A stretch of DNA of 59,873 nt, the filler included, from Candidatus Woesearchaeota archaeon (GTDB taxonomy: Archaea > Nanobdellota > Nanobdellia > Woesearchaeales > ARS49): the NCBI GenBank assembly GCA_016188265.1. It is 7 parts of 6 records of this genome, joined end to end, with 100 filler letters (N's around TTAATTAATTAA, not from the genome) between each part and the next. Parts side by side here need not be neighbours in the genome. Positions count along the whole stretch, not along the records: positions 5,344 to 20,897 come from JACPID010000007.1; positions 20,998 to 31,915 come from JACPID010000007.1; 5 more parts are not named here. One strand, given 5' to 3'. A program made the position numbers and the translations under genes. Under the pieces are notes generated by a model. The model was not told the origin of the DNA, made no database searches, and saw only the letters and a list, made by a program, of their open reading frames with translations. How positions within the stretch are numbered: position 1 is the stretch's first letter; every line of letters starts with the position of its first letter. Shown piece by piece: positions 19,395-29,678 of the stretch.

Positions 19395-20264
19395 ATGAAA
19401 AAAATCCTAGTCACAGGTGGAACTGGTTTAATAGGTAAAAAAGTTGTTGAACTACTCAGTAAAAAAAATAAAGTTTTTGTTATTACAAGAACGCAAACAA
19501 GTGTAAACAAAAATGGCATAATGTACATAAATGCAGATTTATCAAATGCAGAAGCGATCAAACTAGCTGTTTCTGGGAAAGATATTATTGTTCATATTGG
19601 CGGAGTTATAAAAGATTCAAGAAAAAATATCTTTAGAACAAACATCGAAGGAACAAAAAATATAGTGAATGCATGTATAAAAAACAATGTTAAAAGGATT
19701 GTATTTATCAGTAGTGATGCTGTATTTCAAGGCCATAAAAATATCTATTCTGAAAGTAAAAGAATTGGTGAACTAGAAATAAAAAAAATTAAAGACAATT
19801 GTATTTTAAGATCCACAATTGTTTATGGAAAAGAAAATAAAACAAATCTAGGCAAAGTTATAGAATTAATAAAAAATTATCCAGCTATAACTATACCTGG
19901 AAAAGGAAACAACAAAATTCAGCCAATACACGTTAATGATGTAGCGAAATATATTTCAATTGCTGTAGAAAAAAACATTCAAGGAACATATATTCTTGCA
20001 GGCGGTGAGGTTATTACTTTCAATGAATTTATAGATGAAGTGTGTAAGTTTCTTGGAATTAAAAGATTAAAAATACATATACCTATTTTTTTAGTTTTAC
20101 CATTGGCAAAGTTGTTAGAAATAATTTCGCCTCAATTTGGTATTAATGTATCTCAAATAAAAAATCTTAATTTAGATAAAGTTTATGATATTTTAAAAAC
20201 AATTAAAGTGTTTAAACATAAACCTATTAATATAAAGGATGGCTTGAAATTGACTTTATCTTAA
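19395..20264 (+). CDS. NAD-dependent epimerase/dehydratase (SDR family)
   Basis: ILVTGGTGLIG, YSESK (YxxxK), QPIHVNDVA. Confidence 0.9.
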   Translation: MKKILVTGGTGLIGKKVVELLSKKNKVFVITRTQTSVNKNGIMYINADLSNAEAIKLAVSGKDIIVHIGGVIKDSRKNIFRTNIEGTKNIVNACIKNNVKRIVFISSDAVFQGHKNIYSESKRIGELEIKKIKDNCILRSTIVYGKENKTNLGKVIELIKNYPAITIPGKGNNKIQPIHVNDVAKYISIAVEKNIQGTYILAGGEVITFNEFIDEVCKFLGIKRLKIHIPIFLVLPLAKLLEIISPQFGINVSQIKNLNLDKVYDILKTIKVFKHKPINIKDGLKLTLS

Positions 20265-20277
20265 TAAATGCTTAATG

Positions 20278-20897
20278 TTATTTAAGAAACTGTAATGAAG
20301 ATTTAGGTGACTTATGAGTTGTTTGTTCTTGCAGAGCGATTTGGTTTGAATTTTTTTCTCTTATGATTTCCACGCCAGTTTTCAAAAGAAGACTTGCTTT
20401 AGACAACAATTTACCTCTTCTTAGTTCTTTGAATAAATAAGAAGGCCTATAATAAAATCGTTTAAATGCATTGGAACTTTGTTCTTCAAGATATTCTGGT
20501 GATAATTTGTCGTTTATTTGCATAACAGATGAATATCCCCCGAGTTTATCATAGTTTTCTTCAATAATCCATTTTTTTTCTTTTGCTTGTTTATACAATT
20601 TTGTTCCAGGATACGGTGTTGCAATCTTATACTCTGCATGACTTGGATTTAAATTAATGCTGAAATCAATTGTTTTTTGAATTGTTTCTCTTGTAGACCC
20701 AGGAAGGCCTAGAATAAAGAAACAAGTTGTCCTTATTCCTGCTTTTTCAGCATAATTAACTGTTTTTTCTATTATTTCTGTTTTCACAGGTATTCTAACC
20801 TGTCTCAAGACTTCTACATTAATATCTTCAACACCCATGTTTATTGCAGTGCATCCTGCTTGCTTAAGTTTATCAATAAGTTCTTCACTAAGTAGCT
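20278..20897 (-). CDS. Radical SAM protein (B12-binding type), C-terminal part, truncated by contig end
   Basis: AGCTAINMGVED, FILGLPG, ATPYPGTKLY, AFKRFYYRP. Confidence 0.8.
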
Positions 20898-20997
20898 NNN
20901 NNNNNNNNNNNNNNNNNNNNNNNNNNNNNNNNNNNNNNNNNTTAATTAATTAANNNNNNNNNNNNNNNNNNNNNNNNNNNNNNNNNNNNNNNNNNNN
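20898..20997. other. Artificial contig linker
   Basis: 100 nt of N with TTAATTAATTAA. Confidence 0.99.
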
Positions 20998-21295
20998 AGC
21001 ACAGGTTAGTAAAAAGGCTAAATCAGGAGAATACCTTTCTAAAGGTGCTTTTATGATTTATGAAAAAAAAAACATGTACCGAGTAGAACTTTCCTTAGCA
21101 GTAGGAGCATTAATTGACGGTTCTATTATGTCAGGGCCTGTTACTGCAGTTAAAAAAAACTGCGCTAAATATGTTGTTGTTCATCAAGGCAAAAATAAAG
21201 CCAGTGATTGCGCTAAAAAAATTCAAAAGCAAATAGGCGGAGATCTTGATGAGATTTTACGCTCTCTTCCCGGAGGAGACTGTAGCATTGTATAG
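20998..21295 (+). CDS. NFACT-R/DUF814 (Rqc2 C-terminal region) protein, 5'-truncated
   Basis: QVSKKAKSGEYLSKGAFMIYEKKN...IMSGP...DEILRSLPGG matches the archaeal Rqc2 C-terminus. Confidence 0.8.
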
Positions 21296-21342
21296 TGCAA
21301 CATGATTAATTTATTAAACTTAAACTGCAATAATCTGGTTTT

Positions 21343-22035
21343 GTGGGAAAAAATTTTTTAAAAAATACACTTCACGGAATTATTTTTTCTTTAACACCAA
21401 TTTTTATTATTGATAATTTATCGCATTACTTTTGTTCTAGTCTGGTTTTTAACAGTGTTTACTGCTCAATTAATTCTGGAACTTCAGATAAAAAAATATC
21501 TTTAACTGCAACTATTGCTTTGGATGAAGAATTTGTAGCAGATTTTGAGTCTGAAGAAGAGGCTGTTAATTATGCTAGAAAAATGTGCAGTATAGCTTTT
21601 AAAAAAGCAGATGAAGAATTCTCGATTGATGTTAGAATAAATAAGTTAACAACTTATAATTCAAACAATAGTCTGAAAGGAAGTGAACTTTATGGAGCTT
21701 TAAGATTATTGGAAGGTTCATATAAAGTAGGCAAACTTGGTTCAGATATTCTTATTTTACTTACAAAACAAGAAATAGAAGAAGAGGTAAAAGGTGAAAA
21801 TAAATTTACTACTGTAGGAATAGCTGAAAGATTTCATGATGTAATACTTGTTTATTATGATAAAGATAATCATGAATATTCTAACTTAGTAGTATTGCAC
21901 GAGTTTTTTCATCTTTTCAATGCTCAACATGTTTCTGATAAATTTTCAATAATGCATACTAATGCGATTTATTCAATTATAGATCAAGAAACTAGAGATA
22001 CTGTAAACCATTACAAGAATAAATTATTCTTCTAA
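21343..22035 (+). CDS. Secreted zinc metalloprotease (metzincin, M12/reprolysin-like)
   Basis: HEFFHLFNAQH followed by SIM Met-turn; TVGIA. Confidence 0.75.
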   Translation: MGKNFLKNTLHGIIFSLTPIFIIDNLSHYFCSSLVFNSVYCSINSGTSDKKISLTATIALDEEFVADFESEEEAVNYARKMCSIAFKKADEEFSIDVRINKLTTYNSNNSLKGSELYGALRLLEGSYKVGKLGSDILILLTKQEIEEEVKGENKFTTVGIAERFHDVILVYYDKDNHEYSNLVVLHEFFHLFNAQHVSDKFSIMHTNAIYSIIDQETRDTVNHYKNKLFF

Positions 22036-22053
22036 TTTACTCTTTCTACAATT

Positions 22054-23772
22054 TTAAGCAATTGACAAGTTTTTAATTTCTCTAGCCGTAGTTGCTTGTT
22101 CAGGTTTTTTATCAGGCCTATAACGCACTAATCTAGGAAACCTAAGCGCAAATCCTCTGCCTTCTTTTTCAGCACAAGTGTGCATAGGACTTCTTGTTAT
22201 TTCTGCACCTAAAACTTCAACAACAACTTTAGGTTCAAACCACACATCTGGATTCATATCTTTGTTTGCAATAACTCTTGCAGGTTTTTTAGATACAACA
22301 TACTGTTTCATTTTTTTCGGCAGTTCAGCAAGCTGTACATCTGTAAAACCACTTCCAAGCTTGCATAATGTCTCAAATTGATCTTGTTCATCATTATAAA
22401 CTGCACAAAGAAGCGCTCCATACTTACCGCTTCTTCTTCCTCTTCCATGAAATGCGCCAACAACAACTAAGTCAAAAGTATCAATGAGCTCTTTAGAATA
22501 CTCTCTTTTCCATTTAATCCAATTCCATCCTCTTGTTCCTGCTTGATAAACTGAATCAGTAGCGCAACTTTTTGCAAGTATGCCTTCACAACCGCGCTCT
22601 AATGATTTATTAAAAAATTCTTCAACACACTCAATATCATTGCAAATTGTTTGTTTTGCAAGTTGAACTATTTTACTTTCTTTTACAATTTTCTCAAGAG
22701 CTTCTCTTCTTTCTAAATAATTTCTTCTAAGAAAAGATTTATTATTTAAAAAAAGAATATCAAATAAATAAACACAAATAGGAACTTTTTTAGTATACTT
22801 TTCAACTTCGTATTTTCTTTTACGCTGCATTAATGTTTGAAAAGGAAGTAAATTGCCTTTTGGATCAATAGGAACAATTTCTCCCTCTATAATGCAATTT
22901 TTTGTTTTTATTGTTTTTTTTAATTCTCGGACTATATCTGGAAATTGGTGCGTTGTATTTTCCAGTCTTCGTGAAAATAATACAATTTTTTTGCCTGATA
23001 TATGTATTTGAACCCGTTCACCATCATACTTTTCTTCAGCTGCAATTTTTCCAGGTATTTTTTCCTTGATTATCTGAATGTTAGAAATTCTCTGAGCAAG
23101 CATCATCTGAATAGGCCTTCCTAATACAACATCAATACTTTTTATACCTTTGATGCCTTTGCTTGCAATTGTTTTTGCAATAACGCCTACGTCAGGACAT
23201 ATATTGTATGCGTGTTCCAATATTTTTTTATTTTCTTTTTTTCCTGTAAAAGTGATTGCTAAACTATCAAGCACAGTCATATCACCAACACCAAGACGAA
23301 GAGTGCCTAATATTATTTTTGTTACATATTTTGCTTCTTTTGATGAACAGTTCTTTAATAAATCCGAAAGTAAAATTATTTTTTTATATTGGCTTCCAGC
23401 TCCGCTTAGCTTTGCTATTTTGTGAAATTGATCAAATACAGCATCAACACTTAATTTACTTTTTACATTTCCAATAAAGTGTTCTGCAGTTTCACCAATA
23501 TCCCCGCTTTTTTTGTAATAATTAGTAATTACTTCTTCAGAATTTTTGCTTGCACTAGCAATAGCTTTAACAACCATTTTATCAGCCATACCAGTATTAA
23601 TATCTTCATATTTTGAAGCAATTTGCCCTAAACTAAAATAAGCAACTTTATCAATTGACTTTAAAGGACAATTTTTAAAAAAAGAAGCAAGAATTACGCG
23701 CATCTTATTGCCAGAACTTACTTTTTCCAATTCTTCAAAAACTTTCACTACTTCTGAAAATTGCAACATCAT
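22054..23772 (-). CDS. lig: ATP-dependent DNA ligase (archaeal type)
   Basis: EEKYDGERVQIH, IEGE, EGILAK, WIKWK, DLVVVGA, ALRFPR. Confidence 0.97.
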   Translation of the reverse strand: MMLQFSEVVKVFEELEKVSSGNKMRVILASFFKNCPLKSIDKVAYFSLGQIASKYEDINTGMADKMVVKAIASASKNSEEVITNYYKKSGDIGETAEHFIGNVKSKLSVDAVFDQFHKIAKLSGAGSQYKKIILLSDLLKNCSSKEAKYVTKIILGTLRLGVGDMTVLDSLAITFTGKKENKKILEHAYNICPDVGVIAKTIASKGIKGIKSIDVVLGRPIQMMLAQRISNIQIIKEKIPGKIAAEEKYDGERVQIHISGKKIVLFSRRLENTTHQFPDIVRELKKTIKTKNCIIEGEIVPIDPKGNLLPFQTLMQRKRKYEVEKYTKKVPICVYLFDILFLNNKSFLRRNYLERREALEKIVKESKIVQLAKQTICNDIECVEEFFNKSLERGCEGILAKSCATDSVYQAGTRGWNWIKWKREYSKELIDTFDLVVVGAFHGRGRRSGKYGALLCAVYNDEQDQFETLCKLGSGFTDVQLAELPKKMKQYVVSKKPARVIANKDMNPDVWFEPKVVVEVLGAEITRSPMHTCAEKEGRGFALRFPRLVRYRPDKKPEQATTAREIKNLSIA

Positions 23773-24314
23773 TTGAACAAATCTCTTGTAAATTCTAAAC
23801 GTTTCTGTATAGAAATTAATTCTTTAGGAATTTTAATAGAAGTTTTTCCAATATAATTAAGCAATTCCCATTGTGTTATTCCGAGCATTTCAGCAGTTCT
23901 GCCAACACTTAATCCATGTTCATGAAGTTTTTGTCCTTTTTTTATTTTTGCTTTATCTATTACTTCCTGAATGTATAATTTTAATCTGGCATCTGTTTTT
24001 TCAATTAAGCGAAAAATCTTTTCAATTGACTTGTTATACGAACCATATTGTTCTTTTTTTAAGGCAATAATTGCTGTTTCTAGCGGAGGATAAAATTGCG
24101 TATAATCTATTTTTTGTTCACAACATCTCTGTACAACCTTTGAAAGCGCATAAACTAAAATAGCCACAGACAATGAATCATTATCTTGATAAATGCTTGC
24201 ATCATGAATAACATGATTGCTTAACTCACTTAATTCATGATATTTTCCTGCCTTAAGCTCATTAATAGATTGCAGAAGAACTGATATAATGTCCTCTTTT
24301 ACTTTTGGAAACAT
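23769..24314 (-). CDS. Conserved hypothetical protein with C-terminal HTH-like segment
   Basis: 181-aa ORF overlapping the lig start; HGLSVGRTAEMLGITQWELLNYIG. Confidence 0.7.
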   Translation of the reverse strand: MFPKVKEDIISVLLQSINELKAGKYHELSELSNHVIHDASIYQDNDSLSVAILVYALSKVVQRCCEQKIDYTQFYPPLETAIIALKKEQYGSYNKSIEKIFRLIEKTDARLKLYIQEVIDKAKIKKGQKLHEHGLSVGRTAEMLGITQWELLNYIGKTSIKIPKELISIQKRLEFTRDLFK

Positions 24315-24346
24315 TTTCTTCTAGAAGTATATGAATTATTTAAAAC

Positions 24347-24604
24347 TTATCTATTAACTTCTTCTCTAGGTTTATAAACTATTTTTTCAAGTTCAATTAC
24401 TCTTTGATTAAGTTCTTCTGTTCTCCATAAAAGCAGTGAAATAATTTCCTGAGTTCTTTCTTCCTGCAATATTTGCATAAAAAGCAGTCTTTGTTTAAAA
24501 TAAGTTTTCTTTTGTACACTCAATCCGTATACAAAGGCCACTGTTATTACAAAAACTAAAACTATCCCAATTAAAATAGTATGATGCCATTTCATTAATA
24601 CCAC
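24347..24604 (-). CDS. Small single-TM coiled-coil protein
   Basis: N-terminal hydrophobic helix then heptad-like region. Confidence 0.55.
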   Translation of the reverse strand: MVLMKWHHTILIGIVLVFVITVAFVYGLSVQKKTYFKQRLLFMQILQEERTQEIISLLLWRTEELNQRVIELEKIVYKPREEVNR

Positions 24605-24675
24605 CCCTTTATGATCTCTTTTTTTTTAAAGTATTTAATTGTTTCTATTACACTGTTATTTGCATAGAGATTGTA

Positions 24676-24966
24676 TTATTCAATCACGAATAATTTATCA
24701 TCATGATCAACATCAAATAATCCCAGACGAGCGCCTGCATCAAGCCAGCCATGAGCATAATTCAGCGCTGCAAATGCAGTAATCCAATCACCATTTTCCT
24801 TAAAGTGTTTTGCATCACTAAAATATCTCTGAGCCATATCTAAAAAATCTTCAGCTTTATACTTCCAATTTATTTTTTTTTCAGGAGCAATTTTTACTTT
24901 TATTAAAGCTTTTTCTGTAACTGAAAAATACTTGTTTAATTTTTGCTCACTAAGTGTTATTTCCAT
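24676..24966 (-). CDS. DUF357 family protein
   Basis: DMAQRYFSDAKHF...AFAALNYAHGWLDAGARLG. Confidence 0.9.
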   Translation of the reverse strand: MEITLSEQKLNKYFSVTEKALIKVKIAPEKKINWKYKAEDFLDMAQRYFSDAKHFKENGDWITAFAALNYAHGWLDAGARLGLFDVDHDDKLFVIE

Positions 24967-25042
24967 ATACGTGATGAAGTTAGACTTCTATAAAAGTTTT
25001 TACAAAAACATTTAAATACTTCTAATGCTCTTTTAGCTTAGG

Positions 25043-26455
25043 ATGAAAAAAAGAGGAATTATTGGGCTAGTTTTTTTACTGTTATTAAGTTGTGTTCCAA
25101 CTGTTTTTGCATATCATGGTTTATCAGGAGGGCTTCCATTATATCCTGGAGCTTTAACATTTGATAAAATTGTTTATGGGGAAGATAAAGATGGAGATTA
25201 TTTACCTCTAGAAACTCCTAAAAATTATGCTGAACTAATTGGACTTCCTGATTTAATAATTTCAAAAATTCTTATTCCAGATAACTTGCCAAAAGGCACT
25301 GTAATAGATAGTTTTGCTATAGAAATTAAAAATGTAGGAACAAATGTAGCAACAGGATTTATTATTGTAACTGCAGATATGGAAAGCAGATATTTCAGGT
25401 GCAGAAATAGATTAATAGCCGGAGGAGGCCAAACACACCCAATCCAGTACCTTACTTCAAGACCTTTACGCTATGCTGAATTATTTCCAGGAGATACAAT
25501 GATTGTTCCAGTTATTCTTTCAGGAAGAGACAAGTATAGGCAGACGTATTGCAGCAGGCCAATAATAGATGACTTGCACATTGAAGTAATTGTTAATCCT
25601 ATAGGCGGTGGTTTAGGAGTTGGCCTTATTCCAAAAGGACGCCTTGACGAACTAGATATAACAAATAATAAAGCTGTAAAAGTAGTAAAAGTAAAAGAAG
25701 TTGCTGATACATATGACCACACAATAAGATTAGTTCCAGGATTAAATCCCTTTACTATTCCAGTAACATCTGATCTTTCTGCATACAAGTTCAGAGAGCT
25801 AAGTGGTTGTGAATTAATGGAGCTTCTTCCAGATGCATTTTATTCAAGAGAACAAAGAATGCCTGATATGGATAAGTCAAGAATAGTCCAAGATAATGAA
25901 GTTCTTAAATCAGGAGCACCTTATCTTGCAAGATGCGAACGCCCCTCTTATATTTTATTGCCTCAAGGAGAAGATCCAGGACCCTTTAATAAAGAATTAA
26001 GAAAAAAAGGCTTAAACTTTTTACCAACAAGAATGTCAATGTTGAATAAAAAATTATCTGACTTTATAATGGGATGTTCTGATAGTGGAAAAGATGGTAC
26101 AGAGTTTTTCTCTCTTGTTCCAGGACAAAGAACCTTTAACTTACAAGTACTATCTGAAAAAATACCTCGCGAAAGCTTTTTTGTGCCAGGAAGAGTATAT
26201 TTTGCCACATGCAGTCATGGTTATGGTGGAAATGGTATTGGCTATTGGGATCCTTCTCCAGAACAAATAGAAGCAAAACAAATAGAAGCAACAGGTTATG
26301 CAAAAGGAGCTCAATTTTATAATACTTATAATGTTAAAGTAGATCCTTATGTTAGTCAAAGACGCCCAAGACCAACTGGTGTTGGATTAACTATGCCAAG
26401 TGCATACAGAGGCTATCAATACAGGTATGTAAGCCCTTATGCATACACTACTTAA
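25043..26455 (+). CDS. Secreted/surface protein with CARDB-like Ig domain
   Basis: Signal peptide; PDLII...IKNVGT...ELDITNN (CARDB pattern); LVPGLN-type repeats; Tyr-rich tail. Confidence 0.7.
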   Translation: MKKRGIIGLVFLLLLSCVPTVFAYHGLSGGLPLYPGALTFDKIVYGEDKDGDYLPLETPKNYAELIGLPDLIISKILIPDNLPKGTVIDSFAIEIKNVGTNVATGFIIVTADMESRYFRCRNRLIAGGGQTHPIQYLTSRPLRYAELFPGDTMIVPVILSGRDKYRQTYCSRPIIDDLHIEVIVNPIGGGLGVGLIPKGRLDELDITNNKAVKVVKVKEVADTYDHTIRLVPGLNPFTIPVTSDLSAYKFRELSGCELMELLPDAFYSREQRMPDMDKSRIVQDNEVLKSGAPYLARCERPSYILLPQGEDPGPFNKELRKKGLNFLPTRMSMLNKKLSDFIMGCSDSGKDGTEFFSLVPGQRTFNLQVLSEKIPRESFFVPGRVYFATCSHGYGGNGIGYWDPSPEQIEAKQIEATGYAKGAQFYNTYNVKVDPYVSQRRPRPTGVGLTMPSAYRGYQYRYVSPYAYTT

Positions 26456-26650
26456 AAACACTAGACATACGATATTCTTTAATTTAGTTAAAATAAGTGA
26501 TTAAAAAACTATTTTTTAATATAATAAGCCACTGGACACTGGACAATTGTACGTGTGAAGTATTTAAACAAAAAAAAAAATTCTAAATTATACCTCTGTG
26601 TAAATGTGTTCGCCAACAACATCACAAAATTAAAAATGAGGTGTTTTAAC

Positions 26651-26743
26651 ATGGAAGAACTAAACCAGACAAATATTCAAAATATACTAATAAAAAATCT
26701 ACTATTACGTACAGCTAAAATTGTGGAAAATTCAGACAAATAG
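26651..26743 (+). CDS. Possible 30-aa small protein
   Basis: GAGGTG RBS before ATG 26651; MEELNQTNIQNILIKNLLLRTAKIVENSDK; its stop codon is the start of the repeat's first stem. Confidence 0.4.
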   Translation: MEELNQTNIQNILIKNLLLRTAKIVENSDK

Positions 26744-26829
26744 AAAACGAAATAAATAATAGTACAATAGTTTTGTTTTCTAAATAGTACGCGCCATAAA
26801 GAGTGTCCTACAAATTATGGCGCGTACTA
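26739..26829 (+). repeat. 91-bp two-hairpin element, copy 1
   Basis: 88/91 identical to 31799-31889; stems TAGAAAACGAAA/TTTTGTTTTCTA and TAGTACGCGCCATAA/TTATGGCGCGTACTA. Confidence 0.9.
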
Positions 26830-26993
26830 AAATAAAATTATTTTAAATTAAAAAGTGGAGGTGATTAAAATGTAATAAATTAGTTTCAAATTATTATGGT
26901 TTTGGCCAAGCACTGATATGTATTTGCAGTACGCAAAAAATTGCATTCAAGTGCAGAATGAGCGTTGTCCACAGCGCTCATTTAAGGCCAAAA

Positions 26994-27676
26994 TCATTCT
27001 TTTTTATCAATCAATCTATTAACTTCATCTTTTCGTAGATCAGTCTTACTAAACCAACTTTTAAAGCGATGCCATAATCTTGGATCACTATATTCAGCAT
27101 TAATTAAGTGTGCTGCAATTTTATTTAATTCAATAGAAGGATTAACTCAAATCTTTTTCCTCTAACTTTATTAAGAATAAGGCCTTTAATAGGAGTATTT
27201 CTTTGTTTTGCAACTTTAACTGCTCTGATAGTGGTACTTAATGTAGGATAATCAGGGCTTGTTACAACATACAACTCATCTGAAGCAATCATTGTTGAAA
27301 GAATATCTCCATGAAGATTTGGTGAAGCATCAATAAGAATAAGATCATATAAGTCGCGTACTTGAGCAAGGCATTCTTTTAATCTATAATGATCAGTTAT
27401 TTGCTTTCCTTCAACACTTGCAGGAACAATATGAAGATTTGTTGCATATTTGTGAATTGTTTTTTGCAAAGGCATTTTTCTCATCAAAGCATCTTGTATA
27501 GTTCCTTCATAATCAAACAAACCAAAATGCATAGCAAGATTCGGTGCACTAAAATTTGCATCAACTAAAAGAACTTTTTGACCAAACTCGTGAGAAAGTG
27601 CTGATCCAAGATTTGCAGCACAACTAGTTTTACCTACACCGCCTTTTAAAGCTATAATTCCTATTACTTTTCCCAT
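26994..27676 (-). pseudogene. minD: MinD/ParA-family ATPase with internal deletion and frameshift
   Basis: KGGVGKT, VDAN, IDASP; frame breaks after LNKVRGKRFEL and a MinD-like tail (PSIELNKIAAHLINAEYSDPRLW...EVNRLIDKKE) continues in another frame to TGA at 26994-26996. Confidence 0.75.
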
Positions 27677-27692
27677 TCAATTCCTCTTTTTT

Positions 27693-28751
27693 TTAGTAAT
27701 CTGTTAATGTTTTATTATGCTGTATTACTGTTGTTGATCCTTCTTTACCACCTATTATTTTTTTAGTTTTTATAAATTTTCCCTTTTCTAGCTTTTCAAT
27801 TTTTCTTTGAAACGCCTTATAAATACTTTTTCCGCCATTTTTTTTATAAAGCACGTATAAATCACCTATTTTTGACTCTGAACCTTCTTTTAGCATATGA
27901 AGAATAAGTTCAGCATCTTCATCAACAGGCCCTTGTGTATAAACAAGAGGAACTGACTGTATTGCTTTTTCAGCGTGTTCTTGCAGAATTTTTTTACTAG
28001 CATAATTTTCTGCAATTCTTCCTGCTTCTCTGAGAAGTTGAAGCCCAACACGAATATCTTTTGCAAAAAAAGTTCTTTCAACAATAATATTCAGAGCAGC
28101 ACTATTCCAAATATTAGAAACAAATGAATAATCTATTCTTTGCTTAAGAATACCTTCTGTTTCTTGTTTAGTATAAGGTTTAAATTCTACAAGTTCAGGA
28201 AGCAAACGTGACTGTACTCTTGCTTCAATTTTTTGCAGCCAATCTGAATAATTAGTTATTATAAGAATGCTTTTTTTATAAAGCTCTGCTGAAAATGCAT
28301 AAAGAAAATCCAATTCATCAACTTTATCAATCTCATCAAATGCAAGAACAACGGGTTTTTTATTAATTATTTTCAGAATAGCATCAAATAATTCTTCACT
28401 TTTTTTATTTTGAACAAATGTGTAACCAATTTGTTGGCATAATTCAAGATAAATTTTATAAGTTGTATTTTTTTGCCAACAATTAACATACAATTGAATT
28501 ACATCATCACTATTTTCTTCCAAATCCCTCAACACCCACTTTGTTGCAGCAGTTTTGCCAATTCCAGGAGCTCCACAAATGAAAACATTTCTTCCATCCC
28601 TATCCTGCAATAATGGTTTTATGCAACTTGCAATAACTCTTTGCTGATAATCCCTGTATGGAAGAAGTTTAGGAACCCAAGCAGGATCTAAAGCATCTTC
28701 ATTCTTGAATAATGATTCTCCAGAACTTAAAGTGTTATCAAAAAGACCCAT
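27693..28751 (-). CDS. cdc6: Cdc6/Orc1 AAA+ replication initiator family protein
   Basis: LFKNEDALDP.WVPK.LP.R, GAPGIGKT, YVNCW, FDEID, SRL, FKPYT, DIRVGL, C-terminal wHTH. Confidence 0.9.
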   Translation of the reverse strand: MGLFDNTLSSGESLFKNEDALDPAWVPKLLPYRDYQQRVIASCIKPLLQDRDGRNVFICGAPGIGKTAATKWVLRDLEENSDDVIQLYVNCWQKNTTYKIYLELCQQIGYTFVQNKKSEELFDAILKIINKKPVVLAFDEIDKVDELDFLYAFSAELYKKSILIITNYSDWLQKIEARVQSRLLPELVEFKPYTKQETEGILKQRIDYSFVSNIWNSAALNIIVERTFFAKDIRVGLQLLREAGRIAENYASKKILQEHAEKAIQSVPLVYTQGPVDEDAELILHMLKEGSESKIGDLYVLYKKNGGKSIYKAFQRKIEKLEKGKFIKTKKIIGGKEGSTTVIQHNKTLTDY

Positions 28752-28847
28752 ATGTTTGTTTAGTTTTCATTTATTTATAAAAGTTACAGTTATTCAACTC
28801 TTTTTAAACACTAATCTTCATTTATTGACTCAGTACTACGCTCTATA

Positions 28848-29606
28848 CTAAAACCCATCTAATTCTTCAATTAATTGCACTAATTGTTTTGGTTCTGTGA
28901 TAAGAAAGTCAGGTTTTTCTTTTTCTAGATCTTCTTTTGCTTCAAAACCCCAGGTTACTGCTGCAGTTAATGCCTTTTTTGAATTGTCAGGATTTTTTCT
29001 TCTCAAATTTTTTGATGCGCGAACATCTACAACACTGTCTCCAACATGCAATGTTTCTTCAGGATCAGTTCCTAAAAGATCAAGCGCTAATTCAATAGAG
29101 TAAGGATGCGGCTTTACTAAGTTAACTTTCACCCCATTAACATCTTCTGGCAATTCAGACTTTGTAAGAACAATATCAAAACAATTTAAAATTCCTTCTT
29201 TGCGAATTGTTCTTTCAAACCCTTCCCATGCATTAGTTGTGTTAAGCGCGATTCTCAATCCTTTGCATTTTCCTTTTCTAGGACGTGAGCGTTCATAAAT
29301 TTCTGTCACAGCATCTTTTATTCCTGGAATTAACGATATATTTGTATTTTTCTTCCACTCTTTAAAATAAGTCCACAAATTATTTTTTTCAGCATCATAA
29401 TCAATTCCAAATAAAGCATATATTCCTGGAAGCCCCTCTTTTTTCACTGCAGCATTGTACTTTTCAACAAAAACATGACTGTAGTTTGTAAATGGAAATT
29501 TCTTGCTGTACAAATCAGTAACACAATGTCTCAACCACAAGAATTGGTCGTTCATAGAGTCGATGAGTGTTCCATCAACATCAAATATTAAGCCGTATAA
29601 AGACAT
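28848..29606 (-). CDS. HAD-superfamily hydrolase (phosphoglycolate phosphatase-like)
   Basis: FDVDGTLIDS, KPHP, HVGDSVVDV, VTWGF. Confidence 0.9.
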   Translation of the reverse strand: MSLYGLIFDVDGTLIDSMNDQFLWLRHCVTDLYSKKFPFTNYSHVFVEKYNAAVKKEGLPGIYALFGIDYDAEKNNLWTYFKEWKKNTNISLIPGIKDAVTEIYERSRPRKGKCKGLRIALNTTNAWEGFERTIRKEGILNCFDIVLTKSELPEDVNGVKVNLVKPHPYSIELALDLLGTDPEETLHVGDSVVDVRASKNLRRKNPDNSKKALTAAVTWGFEAKEDLEKEKPDFLITEPKQLVQLIEELDGF

Positions 29607-29678
29607 AAAAAGAAAAAAAATTAAATTACTTTTTAATCATTATTGTGCTGCAATCATTATGTTTTCTGTTTTTTTCTA

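Noticed and set aside
26456..26650. Replication origin near cdc6 (AT-rich, tandem CACTGGA at 26530-26543 resembling a mini-ORB core)
   Set aside because: Only a 7-bp partial match, no G-string or inverted ORB pair, and over 1 kb from cdc6; GC-skew or Ori-Finder analysis on a complete genome would be needed
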